Shown piece by piece: positions 11,413 through 22,926 of a stretch of 64,000 nt of DNA; position 1 is the first letter of the stretch; each line of letters starts with the position of its first letter. Where the stretch lies: the NCBI GenBank assembly GCA_050290185.1, contig JBNKHE010000005.1, forward strand, positions 32,001 through 96,000. Direction: 5' to 3'. Source of the stretch: Pontiella sp. Lineage in GTDB: Bacteria > Verrucomicrobiota > Kiritimatiellia > Kiritimatiellales > Pontiellaceae. A program made the position numbers and the translations under genes. Under the pieces are notes generated by a model. That model saw only the letters and a program-made list of their open reading frames with translations, did not search any database and was not told the DNA's origin.

Positions 11413-11428
11413 AATGTTCGTTTCCTGG

Positions 11429-12043
11429 TTACAGGTTGATGCCCGCGAAGCACATGAAGGCCATGGCCATCAGGCCGGTCATGATCATCGTTATGCCCAG
11501 GCCCTTGAGGCCGTTCGGCAGGTGCGAATAGCGCAGCTTCTTGCGGATGGCCGCCATGGATGCGATGGCCAGGAACCAGCCCAATCCAGAGCTGAACCCG
11601 AATACCGTCGACTCGGCGAGGCCATAGTTGCGTTCAACCATGAACAGTGACGCACCCAGAATCGCGCAGTTCACGGTGATCAACGGCAGGAAGATGCCGA
11701 GTGCGTGGTAGAGTTTAGGGAAAAATTTATCGAGGACCATTTCCACGAGCTGAACCATTGAAGCAATGGTTGCGATGAAGCAGATAAAGGTCAGGAAGCT
11801 TAGGTCTACGTCGCCCAGATTCAGACCCGGAACCCATGCCAGTGCACCCGGGCCCAGCAGGAAGTGGCGGATCAGCCAGTTCACGGGTACCGTGATGGTC
11901 AGAACGAATACCACTGCGAATCCGAGGCCAATGGCGGTGTCTACCTTCTTGGAACAGGCCAGGAAGGAGCACATGCCCAGGAAGTAGGCCAGCAGGATGT
12001 TTTCAACAAAAATGGCCTTAACGGCTATGCTTAAAAGTTCCAT
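11429..12043 (-). CDS. nqrE: Na+-NQR subunit E
   Basis: [21 protein letters not shown]. Confidence 0.95.
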   Translation of the reverse strand: MELLSIAVKAIFVENILLAYFLGMCSFLACSKKVDTAIGLGFAVVFVLTITVPVNWLIRHFLLGPGALAWVPGLNLGDVDLSFLTFICFIATIASMVQLVEMVLDKFFPKLYHALGIFLPLITVNCAILGASLFMVERNYGLAESTVFGFSSGLGWFLAIASMAAIRKKLRYSHLPNGLKGLGITMIMTGLMAMAFMCFAGINL

Positions 12044-12049
12044 GGTAGA

Positions 12050-12649
12050 TTAGTCCTCCACATACTTGTTGATGGTGCGCTGCAACCAGATGAGCAGCCC
12101 CAGAATGATGAATGCGCCCGGTGCCAGCAGGGCCAGACCGTTACCCATATAATGTTCCGGCAGAATCTTGAAACCAAGCCATGAGCCAAATCCAAGAAAT
12201 TCGCGGATGGAGGCCACGGCAATCAGGATGATGCCATAGCCCAATCCGTTGCCCAGTCCGTCGAGCAGCGATGCCCCCGGCGGATTCTGAAGCGCAAAGG
12301 CTTCGGCGCGGCCCATTACGATGCAGTTGGTGATAATCAGGCCAACGAACACGCTGAGCTGTTTGCTGATGTCGAACAGGTAGGCCTGCAGCAGCTGGTC
12401 GGCAATAATTACCAGCGTTGCGATGACCGCCATTTCAACAATCATGCGGATACCGCCCGGGATGACGTTGCGCAACAGCGAAATTACAAAGTTCGAAAGG
12501 GTGACCACCGATGTGAGCGCAAGCGTCATCACGATGGCCGTATCGACCTTCACGGTTACCGCAAGTGCAGAGCAGATGCCGAGCACCTGCACGGTAATCG
12601 GATTGTTGTCCGAAAATGGATCCATCAAGAGTTTTTTTGCAGAAGCCAT
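12050..12649 (-). CDS. nqrD: Na+-NQR subunit D
   Basis: [35 protein letters not shown]. Confidence 0.96.
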   Translation of the reverse strand: MASAKKLLMDPFSDNNPITVQVLGICSALAVTVKVDTAIVMTLALTSVVTLSNFVISLLRNVIPGGIRMIVEMAVIATLVIIADQLLQAYLFDISKQLSVFVGLIITNCIVMGRAEAFALQNPPGASLLDGLGNGLGYGIILIAVASIREFLGFGSWLGFKILPEHYMGNGLALLAPGAFIILGLLIWLQRTINKYVED

Positions 12650-12651
12650 GA

Positions 12652-13290
12652 TTAGTTCCCCTTAATCTGGTTGAAATAGTCAGCGTAAGCCGCGGCATCC
12701 TTGCGGAGCAGGGCCTGTACACCTTTTCCGGTGAGGGTCGCGCCGGAGATCCCGTCAACAGCATGGTCTCCCTTGGCCGCACCGGGCTTGGCGATTTGGA
12801 ATTCGGTCGGTGTGCCGTCCGCATAGAGTTTCTTTCCGGCAAACTGCTTCTGGAACCAACTCTTTTCGATTTCGGCACCCAGTCCCGGGGTTTCTCCGTG
12901 CTTGTAGAACGTCAGGCCCGCGATGGTTTCGAGATCCGATTCCAGGGCGATGTAGCCATAGAGCGTGCTCCACAATCCTTTACCGGAAATCGGAAAGGCA
13001 TACTTGGATGGTTTGTCGGAGCCGGTTTCAGTCCATGTGTAAATGGGCAGACTATCCTCTCCGGAACCGGCGGAAACCGCATTGACATGGTCTTCGAATG
13101 ATTTCTCGATCTCCGGCCGCGATATCGTGGAGATATCAATGCCAAACGCCTTGACGATGTTCCGGTGCTGGTCAAATTCCTTGTTGGCTTCCTGTAGGCC
13201 CTTGAGGCCCGCCGCCGCACCGGACAGCAGGAGGCTGCAGGTCACGCAGACGATCGCTGCAAACACCAATGTTTTAGTATCTTCACGCAT
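12652..13290 (-). CDS. nqrC: Na+-NQR subunit C
   Basis: [20 protein letters not shown] site DGISGATLT. Confidence 0.95.
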   Translation of the reverse strand: MREDTKTLVFAAIVCVTCSLLLSGAAAGLKGLQEANKEFDQHRNIVKAFGIDISTISRPEIEKSFEDHVNAVSAGSGEDSLPIYTWTETGSDKPSKYAFPISGKGLWSTLYGYIALESDLETIAGLTFYKHGETPGLGAEIEKSWFQKQFAGKKLYADGTPTEFQIAKPGAAKGDHAVDGISGATLTGKGVQALLRKDAAAYADYFNQIKGN

Positions 13291-14512
13291 TGTTTAAAGC
13301 CCTCGCATAAGCAGTTCTTTTCTTGATGTGAGCCTGTACGACAAAATGGTCGATCAGCGGTGCCATGACATTCATGAACAGGATCGCGAGCATGGCCCCT
13401 TCCGGATAGGCCGGATTGGCTACGCGGATCAGCACGGTCAGCGCACCAATAAGGAACCCGTAAATCCATTTTCCTGTGTTTGTGGCGGCGCAGGAAACCG
13501 GATCGGTGGCCATGAAAACAATCCCGAACAGGAATCCGCCCATGACCAGGTGGTACACAAACGGCAGCGCCGCGTATGAATTATCCAGCGGAAGGGAATT
13601 GAAAAGCAGCCCCATGGCCGCGCAACCGATAATACCACTGGCCATTACGCGCCATGAGGCGATTCCGGTCAGGATCAGGAAGCCCATTCCAAGCAGAATG
13701 GCGATAACGGAAGTCGAGCCGATACAGCCGGGAATCGTTCCCGCGGTCATCTGCCAGAGGCTGAAGCCCGCATGATTGAGCGCATCAACCGCGCTTGCAC
13801 CTTTCTCGGTTGCCGCAGCGATGGCCAAGGGGGTTGCCTGAGTTACCGCATCGACTTTATCGGAAACGGTACCGAGCAGCTTGTCAACCAACGGGGAAGC
13901 ATTAAGAGAACCGACCCAAACCGAGTCGCCGGAGATCTGCGCCGGATAGGCGAAGAAAAGGAACGCACGGGCGGTCAGTGCGGGGTTCAGAATATTGTAG
14001 CCGACGCCACCGAATATTTCCTTCCCGATCACAACGCCAAACGAGATGCCGACCGCGACCTGCCAGAGGGGAATGGTCGGGGGAAGTACCAGCGGAAACA
14101 GCATGCCGGTTACCAGGAACCCTTCGTTGATTTCGTGACGGCGGACAATCGCGAAGAGCACTTCCCAGAGGCCGCCGACCAGATACGAAACAAAGATGAT
14201 CGGAAGGACCATGGCTGCTCCGCGCAGTAGATCGGCCATCAGGGTTGGCTCAATGCCGTTGGCATTGTTGAACTGGTTTCCCGCATTCCATATACCAAAC
14301 AAGATGCAGGGAATGAGTGCGTAAATGACAAAGATCATCAACCGTTTCTGGTCGATCGAGTCGCGCACGTGCGGCGCACTCGGGGTTACATCGGCCGGGG
14401 TACGGTTAAATGTATCACCTGCTTCGAACAGCGGATAAAGCCGCTCGAATTTTCCGCCCTTTTCGAAGAGAGGGGCGATTTTTTTATCCATAAAGTCGAA
14501 CAGAAATTTCAT
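13283..14512 (-). CDS. nqrB: Na+-NQR subunit B
   Basis: HVRDSIDQKR, NEGFLVTG, FMATDPVS. Confidence 0.96.
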   Translation of the reverse strand: MKFLFDFMDKKIAPLFEKGGKFERLYPLFEAGDTFNRTPADVTPSAPHVRDSIDQKRLMIFVIYALIPCILFGIWNAGNQFNNANGIEPTLMADLLRGAAMVLPIIFVSYLVGGLWEVLFAIVRRHEINEGFLVTGMLFPLVLPPTIPLWQVAVGISFGVVIGKEIFGGVGYNILNPALTARAFLFFAYPAQISGDSVWVGSLNASPLVDKLLGTVSDKVDAVTQATPLAIAAATEKGASAVDALNHAGFSLWQMTAGTIPGCIGSTSVIAILLGMGFLILTGIASWRVMASGIIGCAAMGLLFNSLPLDNSYAALPFVYHLVMGGFLFGIVFMATDPVSCAATNTGKWIYGFLIGALTVLIRVANPAYPEGAMLAILFMNVMAPLIDHFVVQAHIKKRTAYARALNNA

Positions 14513-15867
14513 TAGATTCCTTCCTCCTCGATTTCTTCCAGACCTTGCTTGATGATGCCGCAGACGTCGGTCTTGTGCGGATCAACAAAGGAGGCCAGGG
14601 CGAAATCTTCCGGATCGGTTTCAAGGATGCCAAGCTGGACCATCTCTTCGGTGTCGTGGGCCAGTGCGGCGCGCACTAGATAATCGGTCATTATATTGAG
14701 TGGTTGATATTTGTCCATCCAGCCGGTAACTACCATGGCCCGATGGCTGCCATGCATGCTGGTTCCAAGCTTCCACTCGTGGCTTAAGTCCAGGAAGGAA
14801 GACAGATTGACCCGATGCGAGCTGTATTGGAACAGTCCGGGCATCGTCCAGCCAAGAAGATGGCGGGAGCGGTCTTCTTCGAGGACAAAGAATTCAGAAC
14901 CATAGTAGGGGACGCATGATTCCACCTTGATCGCGTTACCCCATAGGATATTACCCGAAACAATGCGTTTTTCACCGTCCTCCAGAGCTCCTTCGAAGAG
15001 CGGCTGCAGGTTTGCACCGATCTGTACGCGATAGTACTTGCGGGACTCCGGCTTGACGGCTGGCCCCGACAGAGCGACGACCTTGGTGCGCGGCAGCTCA
15101 CCCGTCTGGAGCAGCTTGCCAATCAGGATTACATCCTGCGCGGTAACGGTATAAACGGTATCATTGGGCAAAATCGGGTTGATGCGGTTGATGTGGACAC
15201 TGGTGTTGCCCGACGGATGTTTACCGCTGAAGGTGTGGCTTTCAGCGTTCTCAAAATCACCGACATCCGATCCGGCCGACTTGCAGAGATGTACTTTGCC
15301 TTCCGTTAGCCTGGACAGTGCATCAATACCCAGCTGAAATGCCGCTTCATCGCCTTTTAGCACCAGACCGAAGTCGGCTTGGAACGGAGCGGAATTTGCC
15401 GCATTGATGAATACGGCCTTGGGGACCGTGTCCGGGTCGGCAATCTTCGAAAACGGGCGCTGTTTGATCAAGGGCCACATTCCGCAGTCCAGCAAGTGGC
15501 CGGCCACTTGTTCGCGGGAAAGCGTCTTGATGGAATCCCTTGTAAAGGAGTCGAACGTAACGTTCTCTTCCTGAGCCGAGCGCTCGATCAGAATTTCGAC
15601 CGGGAAGCGTCGGGCTCCGAGATTGACCGCCTTGACCGTTCCGCCGCAAGGGGCGCGGAACTGCATGCGTTCATCCTTCTTGTTTTCAAACAGCACGTCG
15701 CCGCGTTTCACAGTGTCACCCGCCTGAACTTTAAGGCGAGGCTTTATTCCCTCGAATTCCGTGGGATAAACCGCGAAAAGCTGCTGATTCGCATACTCTT
15801 CAATATCAGCCTTAGGTTTCCCTAAAACCTTGATATCAAAGCCTTTTTTAATCTTGAAGTTAGCCAA
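14512..15867 (-). CDS. nqrA: Na+-NQR subunit A (TTG start)
   Basis: KIKKGFDI, GKHPSGN, LGILETDPEDFAL; GAGGAG RBS before TTG. Confidence 0.95.
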   Translation of the reverse strand: MANFKIKKGFDIKVLGKPKADIEEYANQQLFAVYPTEFEGIKPRLKVQAGDTVKRGDVLFENKKDERMQFRAPCGGTVKAVNLGARRFPVEILIERSAQEENVTFDSFTRDSIKTLSREQVAGHLLDCGMWPLIKQRPFSKIADPDTVPKAVFINAANSAPFQADFGLVLKGDEAAFQLGIDALSRLTEGKVHLCKSAGSDVGDFENAESHTFSGKHPSGNTSVHINRINPILPNDTVYTVTAQDVILIGKLLQTGELPRTKVVALSGPAVKPESRKYYRVQIGANLQPLFEGALEDGEKRIVSGNILWGNAIKVESCVPYYGSEFFVLEEDRSRHLLGWTMPGLFQYSSHRVNLSSFLDLSHEWKLGTSMHGSHRAMVVTGWMDKYQPLNIMTDYLVRAALAHDTEEMVQLGILETDPEDFALASFVDPHKTDVCGIIKQGLEEIEEEGI

Positions 15868-15995
15868 GACGGGCTCCTCGTTAGGTTGTTGTTTGCATTA
15901 ATTGGGTATGTCTATACCGATTCATATGTATCGTTAAAAGCATAATTAATTATAAATTGAGTCATGTTTGTTTCCCCGGAGAGGGACTGGCGAAT

Positions 15996-16862
15996 CTATC
16001 CCGCAGAAAGATGTTTTTTCAATACCGGCTTCATGGTTTTGGTCAAAAAACGATCCCATGCCATTTGAAGATCCGGCCAGGATTTCAACTGGTCTGTAGA
16101 TTCATCAAGCAGCTTGTAGATCGCATCGGCGGGATTGGCCGGGGCCTTTTTTGTGGCCGTAATGGCCGTGGTTTTGCCTCTTTGATTGTCTGTGCCAAGG
16201 GTTTTTCCTGAAACGGCTTCGTTGCCTGATGCATCGAGTACGTCGTCAGTCAACTGGTAGGCCGTTCCCAAAATGAAGCCGGCTTCGCGCAGGGCATCGG
16301 CCTGTTCCGGTGATCCATCTCCGCCGGCGACGGCCGCAAAGGCGAACAGGGACCCGGTCTTGGCGCGGGCAATCTGTTCGCACTCTTTCCAGGTTCCCGG
16401 GGTTCCGCGAAGTACGAGTTCCTGCTCAACCTCGGAGCGGCAGACGTTGGACGACATATCGATCAACTCCTGCAGCAGATCCTGGCGGTCCACTGCAATC
16501 AGCAGGTCCAGCGCTTTGAATACCAGCAGGTCTCCAAACAGAATGGCACCGTTCACCCCGTACTTTTTCCAGAACGTCGGAGCACCCCGCCGCAGGATTC
16601 CGCCATCGATCACATCATCGTGAAGCAGGCTGGCTCCATGGATGATGTCAACGGCCGCGGCAGCATGGATCAAAACACGTTCATCGACTCCGTTGGCGGA
16701 GCCGACCGACAACGTCAGGCGCGACCGCAGCATTTTCCCGTTGCCGAGTAGATTCTTGTTGGCAGGAAGCAACTTCGTGAGGTTGGTGTTTCGCAGGCAG
16801 CCGACCATAGTTGACTGCACCTTTTTCAATTGCTTTTCAATGTGATTATGATCCGTAGACAT
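15996..16862 (-). CDS. Polyprenyl diphosphate synthase (medium/long-chain type)
   Basis: HGASLLHDDVID and YQLTDDVLD aspartate-rich motifs, KTGSLF; start uncertain (16862/16868/16892). Confidence 0.88.
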   Translation of the reverse strand: MSTDHNHIEKQLKKVQSTMVGCLRNTNLTKLLPANKNLLGNGKMLRSRLTLSVGSANGVDERVLIHAAAAVDIIHGASLLHDDVIDGGILRRGAPTFWKKYGVNGAILFGDLLVFKALDLLIAVDRQDLLQELIDMSSNVCRSEVEQELVLRGTPGTWKECEQIARAKTGSLFAFAAVAGGDGSPEQADALREAGFILGTAYQLTDDVLDASGNEAVSGKTLGTDNQRGKTTAITATKKAPANPADAIYKLLDESTDQLKSWPDLQMAWDRFLTKTMKPVLKKHLSAG

Positions 16863-17057
16863 CCGCATAATAAACCCGACCATTTTTATCATGTCAACTT
16901 TGCGCGTAAGCGGAGTTTGTATTTTAGCGGAAACCTATGGATCTCGGCCCCGGGGCGATTTGCGTCCGGCACACCGCGGCATGAATTACATAAAAATTTC
17001 TTATTTCTGGTGTCATCTCGCAGGCATCTTGGTAAAGCTGTCCGCCTTTCAAAAGCT

Positions 17058-18116
17058 ATGAACAATTCAGCGCCATCAAAAAACTGGAAATGGCAGATCG
17101 CCAACCGCATCAGTACGCTTGAGCAACTTGAGGAATACATCGAGTTGAGCGATGACGAGCGGGCCGCATTCGACACGGGCATTCCGCTCTCCTTTGCCGT
17201 AACCCCGCATTATGCAGGATTGCTGGGCAATGAAGCGCTTCGCCGAACCGTTATCCCCACCGGGCATGAGTCCCGCGTCAATACCGGGGAACTGGACGAC
17301 CCGCTGGGAGAGGAAACCCATCGTGCCACGCCGCACCTGATCCATACGTATCCCGACAAGGTACTTTTTCTGGCCACAACCTTTTGCTCGACCTATTGCC
17401 GTTATTGTACCCGGTCGCGCCTGGTCGGGAAGCAACCTGCCGATTTTCATTCGCTGGAAGAAAGCTTTGTTTATATTGAACAGCATCCGGAAATACGTGA
17501 TGTGCTTATTTCCGGTGGCGATCCATTGACCATGACGGATTCCGTGCTTGATGAACTGCTCTCCCGGATTCGGCAGATTCCACACGTACGCATGGTGCGC
17601 ATTGGCTCTAAAGTGCCTGTGGTCCTGCCCATGCGAGTCACCGATGAACTCTGCAGCATCCTGAGAAAGCATCGAGTCTGGCTCAGTCTTCATTTCATCC
17701 ATGCCGCCGAGCTGTCGGCTGAAACGGTACGTGCCTGCCGAACGCTTTCCGATTACGGAATCGGCATGGTCAGCCAAACCGTTCTCCTCAAGGGAATCAA
17801 CGACGACCGCCAGACCTTGATCGATTTGTTCTATGGTCTGCTGGAGATCAATGTGAAACCCTACTATCTTTTACAGTGCGATCCCGTCCGCGGCTCGGCT
17901 CATTTTCGTACGCCGGTGGAGAAGGGGATCGAGTTGATCCGATCCCTGCATGGCCATATTTCCGGCCTCGCCGTCCCGCAATATGTTATCGATGCTCCCG
18001 GTGGTGGGGGAAAGGTGCCGCTGCTTGGAAATGAACAAATCCGCCGCGAAGGGGGCGATGTCTTTTTCAAAAATTATGAGGGGAAAGAGTACAGTTACCC
18101 TGATTCAGCGGAGTAG
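17058..18116 (+). CDS. KamA family radical SAM protein (lysine 2,3-aminomutase-like)
   Basis: WKWQ, DPLGE, CSTYCRYCTR, LISGGDPL, DAPGGGGK PLP-lysine motif. Confidence 0.92.
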   Translation: MNNSAPSKNWKWQIANRISTLEQLEEYIELSDDERAAFDTGIPLSFAVTPHYAGLLGNEALRRTVIPTGHESRVNTGELDDPLGEETHRATPHLIHTYPDKVLFLATTFCSTYCRYCTRSRLVGKQPADFHSLEESFVYIEQHPEIRDVLISGGDPLTMTDSVLDELLSRIRQIPHVRMVRIGSKVPVVLPMRVTDELCSILRKHRVWLSLHFIHAAELSAETVRACRTLSDYGIGMVSQTVLLKGINDDRQTLIDLFYGLLEINVKPYYLLQCDPVRGSAHFRTPVEKGIELIRSLHGHISGLAVPQYVIDAPGGGGKVPLLGNEQIRREGGDVFFKNYEGKEYSYPDSAE

Positions 18117-18234
18117 TTGACCGGGGAAATAGATGCGCGTCAAAAAGCCCCCTTTTTTTTTATTCAAGATTTACATAGATAAATCGTTCAAAACCCGTTA
18201 TACAGACAGCTCATTCAATTAAGGAAGTAAAGAT

Positions 18235-18438
18235 ATGGATACTGGTACAGTAAAATGGTTCAGCTCGGAAAAAGGTTTTGGCTTCATCACACCCGATGAC
18301 GGTGGAACCGATATGTTTGTTCATCACTCCGAAATTAAGATGGATGGCTATGCCTCTCTTAATGAAGGTCAGAAGGTCTCGTACACCGTTGGTCAGGGCC
18401 AGAAGGGCCCATGCGCAACGAATGTCATTCCGCTCTAA
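18235..18438 (+). CDS. Cold-shock protein (CspA family)
   Basis: [24 protein letters not shown] motifs. Confidence 0.97.
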   Translation: MDTGTVKWFSSEKGFGFITPDDGGTDMFVHHSEIKMDGYASLNEGQKVSYTVGQGQKGPCATNVIPL

Positions 18439-18461
18439 TTTTTAGATTAAGCTGATAGATG

Positions 18462-18487
18462 AAAAGCGCTCTACGGGGCGCTTTTTT
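18462..18487 (+). terminator. Intrinsic terminator after csp
   Basis: AAAAGCGCTC-TACG-GGGCGCTTTTTT. Confidence 0.85.
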
Positions 18488-18647
18488 CGTGCCTGCATTT
18501 CGTGGCATCCCTCAAATAAACGGGATTGCGACTGGAATGAGCACTATCTCAGTACTATTAATGGCGGTGTGAAATTGACCGCCGCAGTTTTAATATCGCT
18601 TCTCGCTGGGATGCACGGATGCGGCTGAAATTGAAAAGGATCGGAAC

Positions 18648-20684
18648 ATGCATACTTTCACCAATCGCTTGTCGACGGAAAAGAGCCCCTATCTGCTGCA
18701 GCACGCGCATAATCCGGTGGATTGGTATCCGTGGGGCGAGGAGGCCTTTGAGAAGGCCAAGCGGGAAGACAAACCTATTTTCCTGTCGATTGGCTATGCC
18801 ACCTGCCACTGGTGCCACGTGATGGAGCGCGAATCGTTCGAGAACGTGGAAATTGCAAAGCTACTGAACGAGGCGTTTGTTTGCATCAAGGTCGATCGCG
18901 AGGAGCGGCCGGATATCGACAACATCTACATGACCGTATGCCAGATGATGACTGGTCAGGGGGGATGGCCGTTGACGATTATCATGACGCCCGACAAGAA
19001 GCCGTTCCACGCCGCCACCTATATCCCGCCGGATGCGCAGTTTGAGCGGATCGGCATGAAACAGTTGATCCCGCGAATTTCCGAGGCTTGGAAATCGAAG
19101 CGCGGCGAAGTAACGGCATCGGCCAATCAGATTACCGATGTGCTGGCCTCGCAAAACGCGCCATCAACCGGAGCCAAGTTCAATGCAAAGGTATTGGATG
19201 AAGGCTATCAAGCGTTGATGAAGCAATATGATCCCCGTAAGGGCGGCTTTGGTTCGCCGCCCAAGTTTCCGACTCCGCATCGGTTGTTTTTTCTGTTGCA
19301 ACATGGCGAGCCCGATGGAGTAAACGCCGTAGAGCATACGCTTGAGGAAATGCGAAAAGGAGGAATATTCGATCACATCGGGTTTGGCTTCCACCGATAC
19401 TCTACCGACAACGATTGGCTGGTTCCGCACTTTGAAAAGATGCTCTACGACCAGGCTTTGCTGGCGATCGCCTACACGGAAGCCTACGAGCTGACCCGCG
19501 ACCCTTTCCATCGGCAGGTGGCCGAAGAAATCCTGACCTATGTTCTGCGGTACATGACTTCGCCGGACGGTGGGTTCTATTCGGCCGAGGATGCCGATTC
19601 CGAGGGCAAGGAGGGGTTGTTCTACGTCTGGGATGCCAAAGAGATGGAGGCCATTCTGGGCGATGATTATGCATTTGCCGCGAAACTATGGAATATCGTT
19701 CCTGCGGGAAATTTCCGGGATGAGGCCAGCGGACGACTGACCGGGAAAAACATTCCGCACCTATCCTGTGTGCCGGATGAACAGGATTCGAAACGGTTGG
19801 AGCCGCTCCGCCGAAAACTGTTCGACGTGCGGGAAAAGCGCGTCCACCCGTTAAAGGATACGAAGATTCTGGCGGATTGGAATGGGTTGATGATTGCCGC
19901 TCTGGCGCAGGCAGGCCGGGCGTTCGAGGAGCAGAAATACACGGATGCGGCAAGCAAGGCCAATGCGTTTATTGCAGATCGGATGCAACGTAAAAACGGA
20001 GAGCTTTGGCATCGTTTCCGCGACGGGCACACTGCGGTTTCTGGCCAGCTGGAAGATTATGCCTTCATGATATTCGGACTGCTGGCGCTCTATGAGGCCA
20101 CCTGGGATGCCCAATATTTGGAAAGCGCTCTGAAGTACAATGAAATTCTGTCCGTATCGTTTACTGATGCGGATGGCGGCGGGTACTACATGACTTCCAG
20201 TGCTGCGGAGCAACTGATTGTTAGGCCGAAGAGTATTTACGACGGGGCCATTCCTTCGGGGAATTCAATCCAGATGTACAACCTGTTACGTTTGGCTCGC
20301 CTGACCGGTCGATTTGAACTGGAACAGGAAGCAGGAGATACGGGGCGGGCGTTTGGCGGTGCCATCCTGCGCTCGCCGTCGGCTTTTGCTCAGGCGCTGG
20401 TGGCCTTTCAGTTTGGTGCGGGCAAGACGATGGAGATCGTCGTGATAGGAGAGCGTGAAGCGCTGGAAACTCGTCAGATGTTTGACTATCTGAGCCATAT
20501 TTACAATCCGGGAAAAACAGTGCTTTTCAAGGATGTGTCTGATGGCGGCCGAATGGCGAACATCGCCCCCTTTACCCGGGATCAGGCGATGGTGGACGGG
20601 AAAACCACGGTATACATTTGCGAGAACTTTTCCTGCGATCAGCCGCTCGATTCATTGGAGGCGCTGAAAGAACGCCTGCAATAG
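18648..20684 (+). CDS. Thioredoxin-domain protein, YyaL/DUF255 family
   Basis: [36 protein letters not shown]. Confidence 0.95.
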   Translation: MHTFTNRLSTEKSPYLLQHAHNPVDWYPWGEEAFEKAKREDKPIFLSIGYATCHWCHVMERESFENVEIAKLLNEAFVCIKVDREERPDIDNIYMTVCQMMTGQGGWPLTIIMTPDKKPFHAATYIPPDAQFERIGMKQLIPRISEAWKSKRGEVTASANQITDVLASQNAPSTGAKFNAKVLDEGYQALMKQYDPRKGGFGSPPKFPTPHRLFFLLQHGEPDGVNAVEHTLEEMRKGGIFDHIGFGFHRYSTDNDWLVPHFEKMLYDQALLAIAYTEAYELTRDPFHRQVAEEILTYVLRYMTSPDGGFYSAEDADSEGKEGLFYVWDAKEMEAILGDDYAFAAKLWNIVPAGNFRDEASGRLTGKNIPHLSCVPDEQDSKRLEPLRRKLFDVREKRVHPLKDTKILADWNGLMIAALAQAGRAFEEQKYTDAASKANAFIADRMQRKNGELWHRFRDGHTAVSGQLEDYAFMIFGLLALYEATWDAQYLESALKYNEILSVSFTDADGGGYYMTSSAAEQLIVRPKSIYDGAIPSGNSIQMYNLLRLARLTGRFELEQEAGDTGRAFGGAILRSPSAFAQALVAFQFGAGKTMEIVVIGEREALETRQMFDYLSHIYNPGKTVLFKDVSDGGRMANIAPFTRDQAMVDGKTTVYICENFSCDQPLDSLEALKERLQ

Positions 20685-20703
20685 CATGGGACCATCCTGC
20701 GAT

Positions 20704-21156
20704 CTATCCCTCGTTGGTCATCAGGAAGTTGAAGGCCAGATCGTCCTCGGACAAGCCGTCGTACATGACGCTGACCACCTGGTCTTCCGCATTCATGAAC
20801 TGAGCATCGGTTACCATAAGCTCCATGCCGACCCGGTTCGCATTGTAATTACCCAGCACCAATCCCAAAAGAATTACGACCGAAGCCGCCATGGCCAGTG
20901 CCGGTTTCCATCCGAACACGGGCAGATGCTTCCGCTCTGGAGCGTTTGTGTGGGCTGCTCGCAATACATCCTGAACGACCTTGATGGACGGTTCATGCCC
21001 AGCTCCAAACGAGGTTTCCGTTGCCCGTAAAACCTGATTAAACTGCCGGCAGGACTCGCATCCGGCCAGATGCGCCTCCAGCTCGAGGGCTTTATTGGCT
21101 CCCAGTTCGCCGGAATCCTGCAAAAGGATGAATTTTTCAGCTATGATGCATTTCAT
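20704..21156 (-). CDS. Zinc-finger (ZAS) anti-sigma factor
   Basis: HLAGCESC (HxxxCxxC), single TM segment, overlaps ECF stop. Confidence 0.8.
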   Translation of the reverse strand: MKCIIAEKFILLQDSGELGANKALELEAHLAGCESCRQFNQVLRATETSFGAGHEPSIKVVQDVLRAAHTNAPERKHLPVFGWKPALAMAASVVILLGLVLGNYNANRVGMELMVTDAQFMNAEDQVVSVMYDGLSEDDLAFNFLMTNEG

Positions 21157-21743
21157 GACAGCGCCTCCAGCAACTCGTCATATTCTTCTTTTAATATAGA
21201 ACGCAGTTTAGTCAATGCATATTGCATGCGGGCCAAACATGTATTGATCGAACATTTCTGGATTTTGGCAATTTCCTTGAACGAAACATTGCCGTACATC
21301 CTGAGCATGAAGACCTCTTTCTGTTCAGCGGAAAGCGTTTCAACCGCTTCCGAGATCTGTTTGCCCAATGAATTCCCGCCGGCTTCCTCTGCGGGTGTAA
21401 TGCCCGGAGCCGACAGATGGTCTTCCAGGGTGGAGTCGCCGTCTTCCCCTCCGAAGCTGCTTTGCATCGAGATATTCTTGCGGTTCCGTCGGGCGCGGTC
21501 GATCACGAGATTGTGGGCAATTCTGAACAGCCAGTTCAGAAAATTCTTATGCTTGAACTTGTGAATGTTCTTCAGCGCGCGGAACCACGTTTCCTGAAAA
21601 ATTTCCTCCGAATCTTCACGGCCTTCGGTCATTTTAAGGATAAACGAATAGAGGGGACGTTTGTATTTTTCCACCAGCGGCTCCAACGCGTTGGAATCGC
21701 CGCCGAGATACTTATTTATGCACTCAATATCCGTTTTATCCAT
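21153..21743 (-). CDS. ECF sigma-70 family RNA polymerase sigma factor
   Basis: EEIFQETW, WLFRIAHN (region 2); SFKEIA..SINT (region 4). Confidence 0.93.
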   Translation of the reverse strand: MDKTDIECINKYLGGDSNALEPLVEKYKRPLYSFILKMTEGREDSEEIFQETWFRALKNIHKFKHKNFLNWLFRIAHNLVIDRARRNRKNISMQSSFGGEDGDSTLEDHLSAPGITPAEEAGGNSLGKQISEAVETLSAEQKEVFMLRMYGNVSFKEIAKIQKCSINTCLARMQYALTKLRSILKEEYDELLEALS

Positions 21744-21832
21744 GGAGGTAATTCGTAAAGCGCATGATGTAATGCGCCGTACAAACCTATCAAAAGTTCA
21801 TCTATCCGTTGAAAAACGGCCGCCATCCGAAT

Positions 21833-22450
21833 CTATTGCAGAAATTCAGACCAGACTTTCCCGGTAATGGGATCATTTTCAAGTTTTATACCGTGGCCAC
21901 GGTTATCTTCGAGTTCCATCTCGAACTGTTCGCAAAAGCCGTTGGGGAAGAAGCGGATCATGTATAGATCCTCATATTGGTCATCCTCTTCGGACCAATC
22001 CTTCTTGAAGTCGCGAACGACAAGATCATCAGATAAAAAACGGTGGATTTCCTTGTCGATCCCTCCATTTTCATCTCTGGCGTCATCGACGTATCCCAGC
22101 CGTTTCAGCACGTCCTGATCTAGCTCTCCGTCCGCCTGGTTGGTGGTCGTCTGAAATTCGGCACCCATGTACAGTTCCATGGTATCCGGATTCAGTACCA
22201 TAGTCAGCGTTTCCTCCCGCATTATCGCCATGCTATGGCCGTAGCGGGACATCCGCTCGATGGTGCGTGCCGCAGACTTGAGCTTGGTTCCCCGTAAGGT
22301 GCCGGCAAAGTAGGGAACCGAGATGCCGGAAATGATCAGCAGAAGGACCATTACCAGCACCACTTCAATTAGCGTAAAACCGCTGCGTTTGGAGCCGGGA
22401 GCACCGCGGAATACAGAACAAGGAGTTTTTAGTGCCGACGGCCTTTTCAT
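21833..22450 (-). CDS. Prepilin-type pseudopilin (GspH/FimT-like)
   Basis: SGFTLIEVVLV N-methylation motif. Confidence 0.8.
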   Translation of the reverse strand: MKRPSALKTPCSVFRGAPGSKRSGFTLIEVVLVMVLLLIISGISVPYFAGTLRGTKLKSAARTIERMSRYGHSMAIMREETLTMVLNPDTMELYMGAEFQTTTNQADGELDQDVLKRLGYVDDARDENGGIDKEIHRFLSDDLVVRDFKKDWSEEDDQYEDLYMIRFFPNGFCEQFEMELEDNRGHGIKLENDPITGKVWSEFLQ

Positions 22451-22496
22451 GCATGGCTCTTGGTTCACAATTCATGGATACTGGCGAAGGGCCGCA

Positions 22497-22901
22497 CTAT
22501 TCCCAGTTGTTCACCACGGTTCCCTTGGCCGATGTGCAGGAGATGTCAAACGTGTGCGTGTTGTGGGAACCCGGAACCTGATACTGGTAGGGATTTCCCC
22601 ACGGATCGGTCGGGATCACTTTTTTCATTAGGAAGGGCCCGCCTTTGGACTCGTCCAGCAGACCGTCCAGCGAATCGGGGTAGGTTCCGTTGATGATTTC
22701 ATATTCCTGAATGGCGGCCGAGAGGGTGGCAATGGTCGCCTGGGCTTTGGTCGTATTTGCCTGCTCTGTTCGTCCGCCGATATTAAGACCGCCCAGGAAG
22801 ATGCCTGAAAGAATACCGATAATTACAACCACGAGAATGATTTCAATCAGGGTAAAGCCTGAGCGTTTGCTTAAATGTTTGTCCTTGTTTTTCTGTTCCA
22901 T
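22497..22901 (-). CDS. gspG: Type II secretion major pseudopilin GspG-like
   Basis: SGFTLIEIILV and DPWGNPYQY motifs. Confidence 0.85.
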   Translation of the reverse strand: MEQKNKDKHLSKRSGFTLIEIILVVVIIGILSGIFLGGLNIGGRTEQANTTKAQATIATLSAAIQEYEIINGTYPDSLDGLLDESKGGPFLMKKVIPTDPWGNPYQYQVPGSHNTHTFDISCTSAKGTVVNNWE

Positions 22902-22926
22902 GGATTTCACCTTCCGGGTTTCTGTT

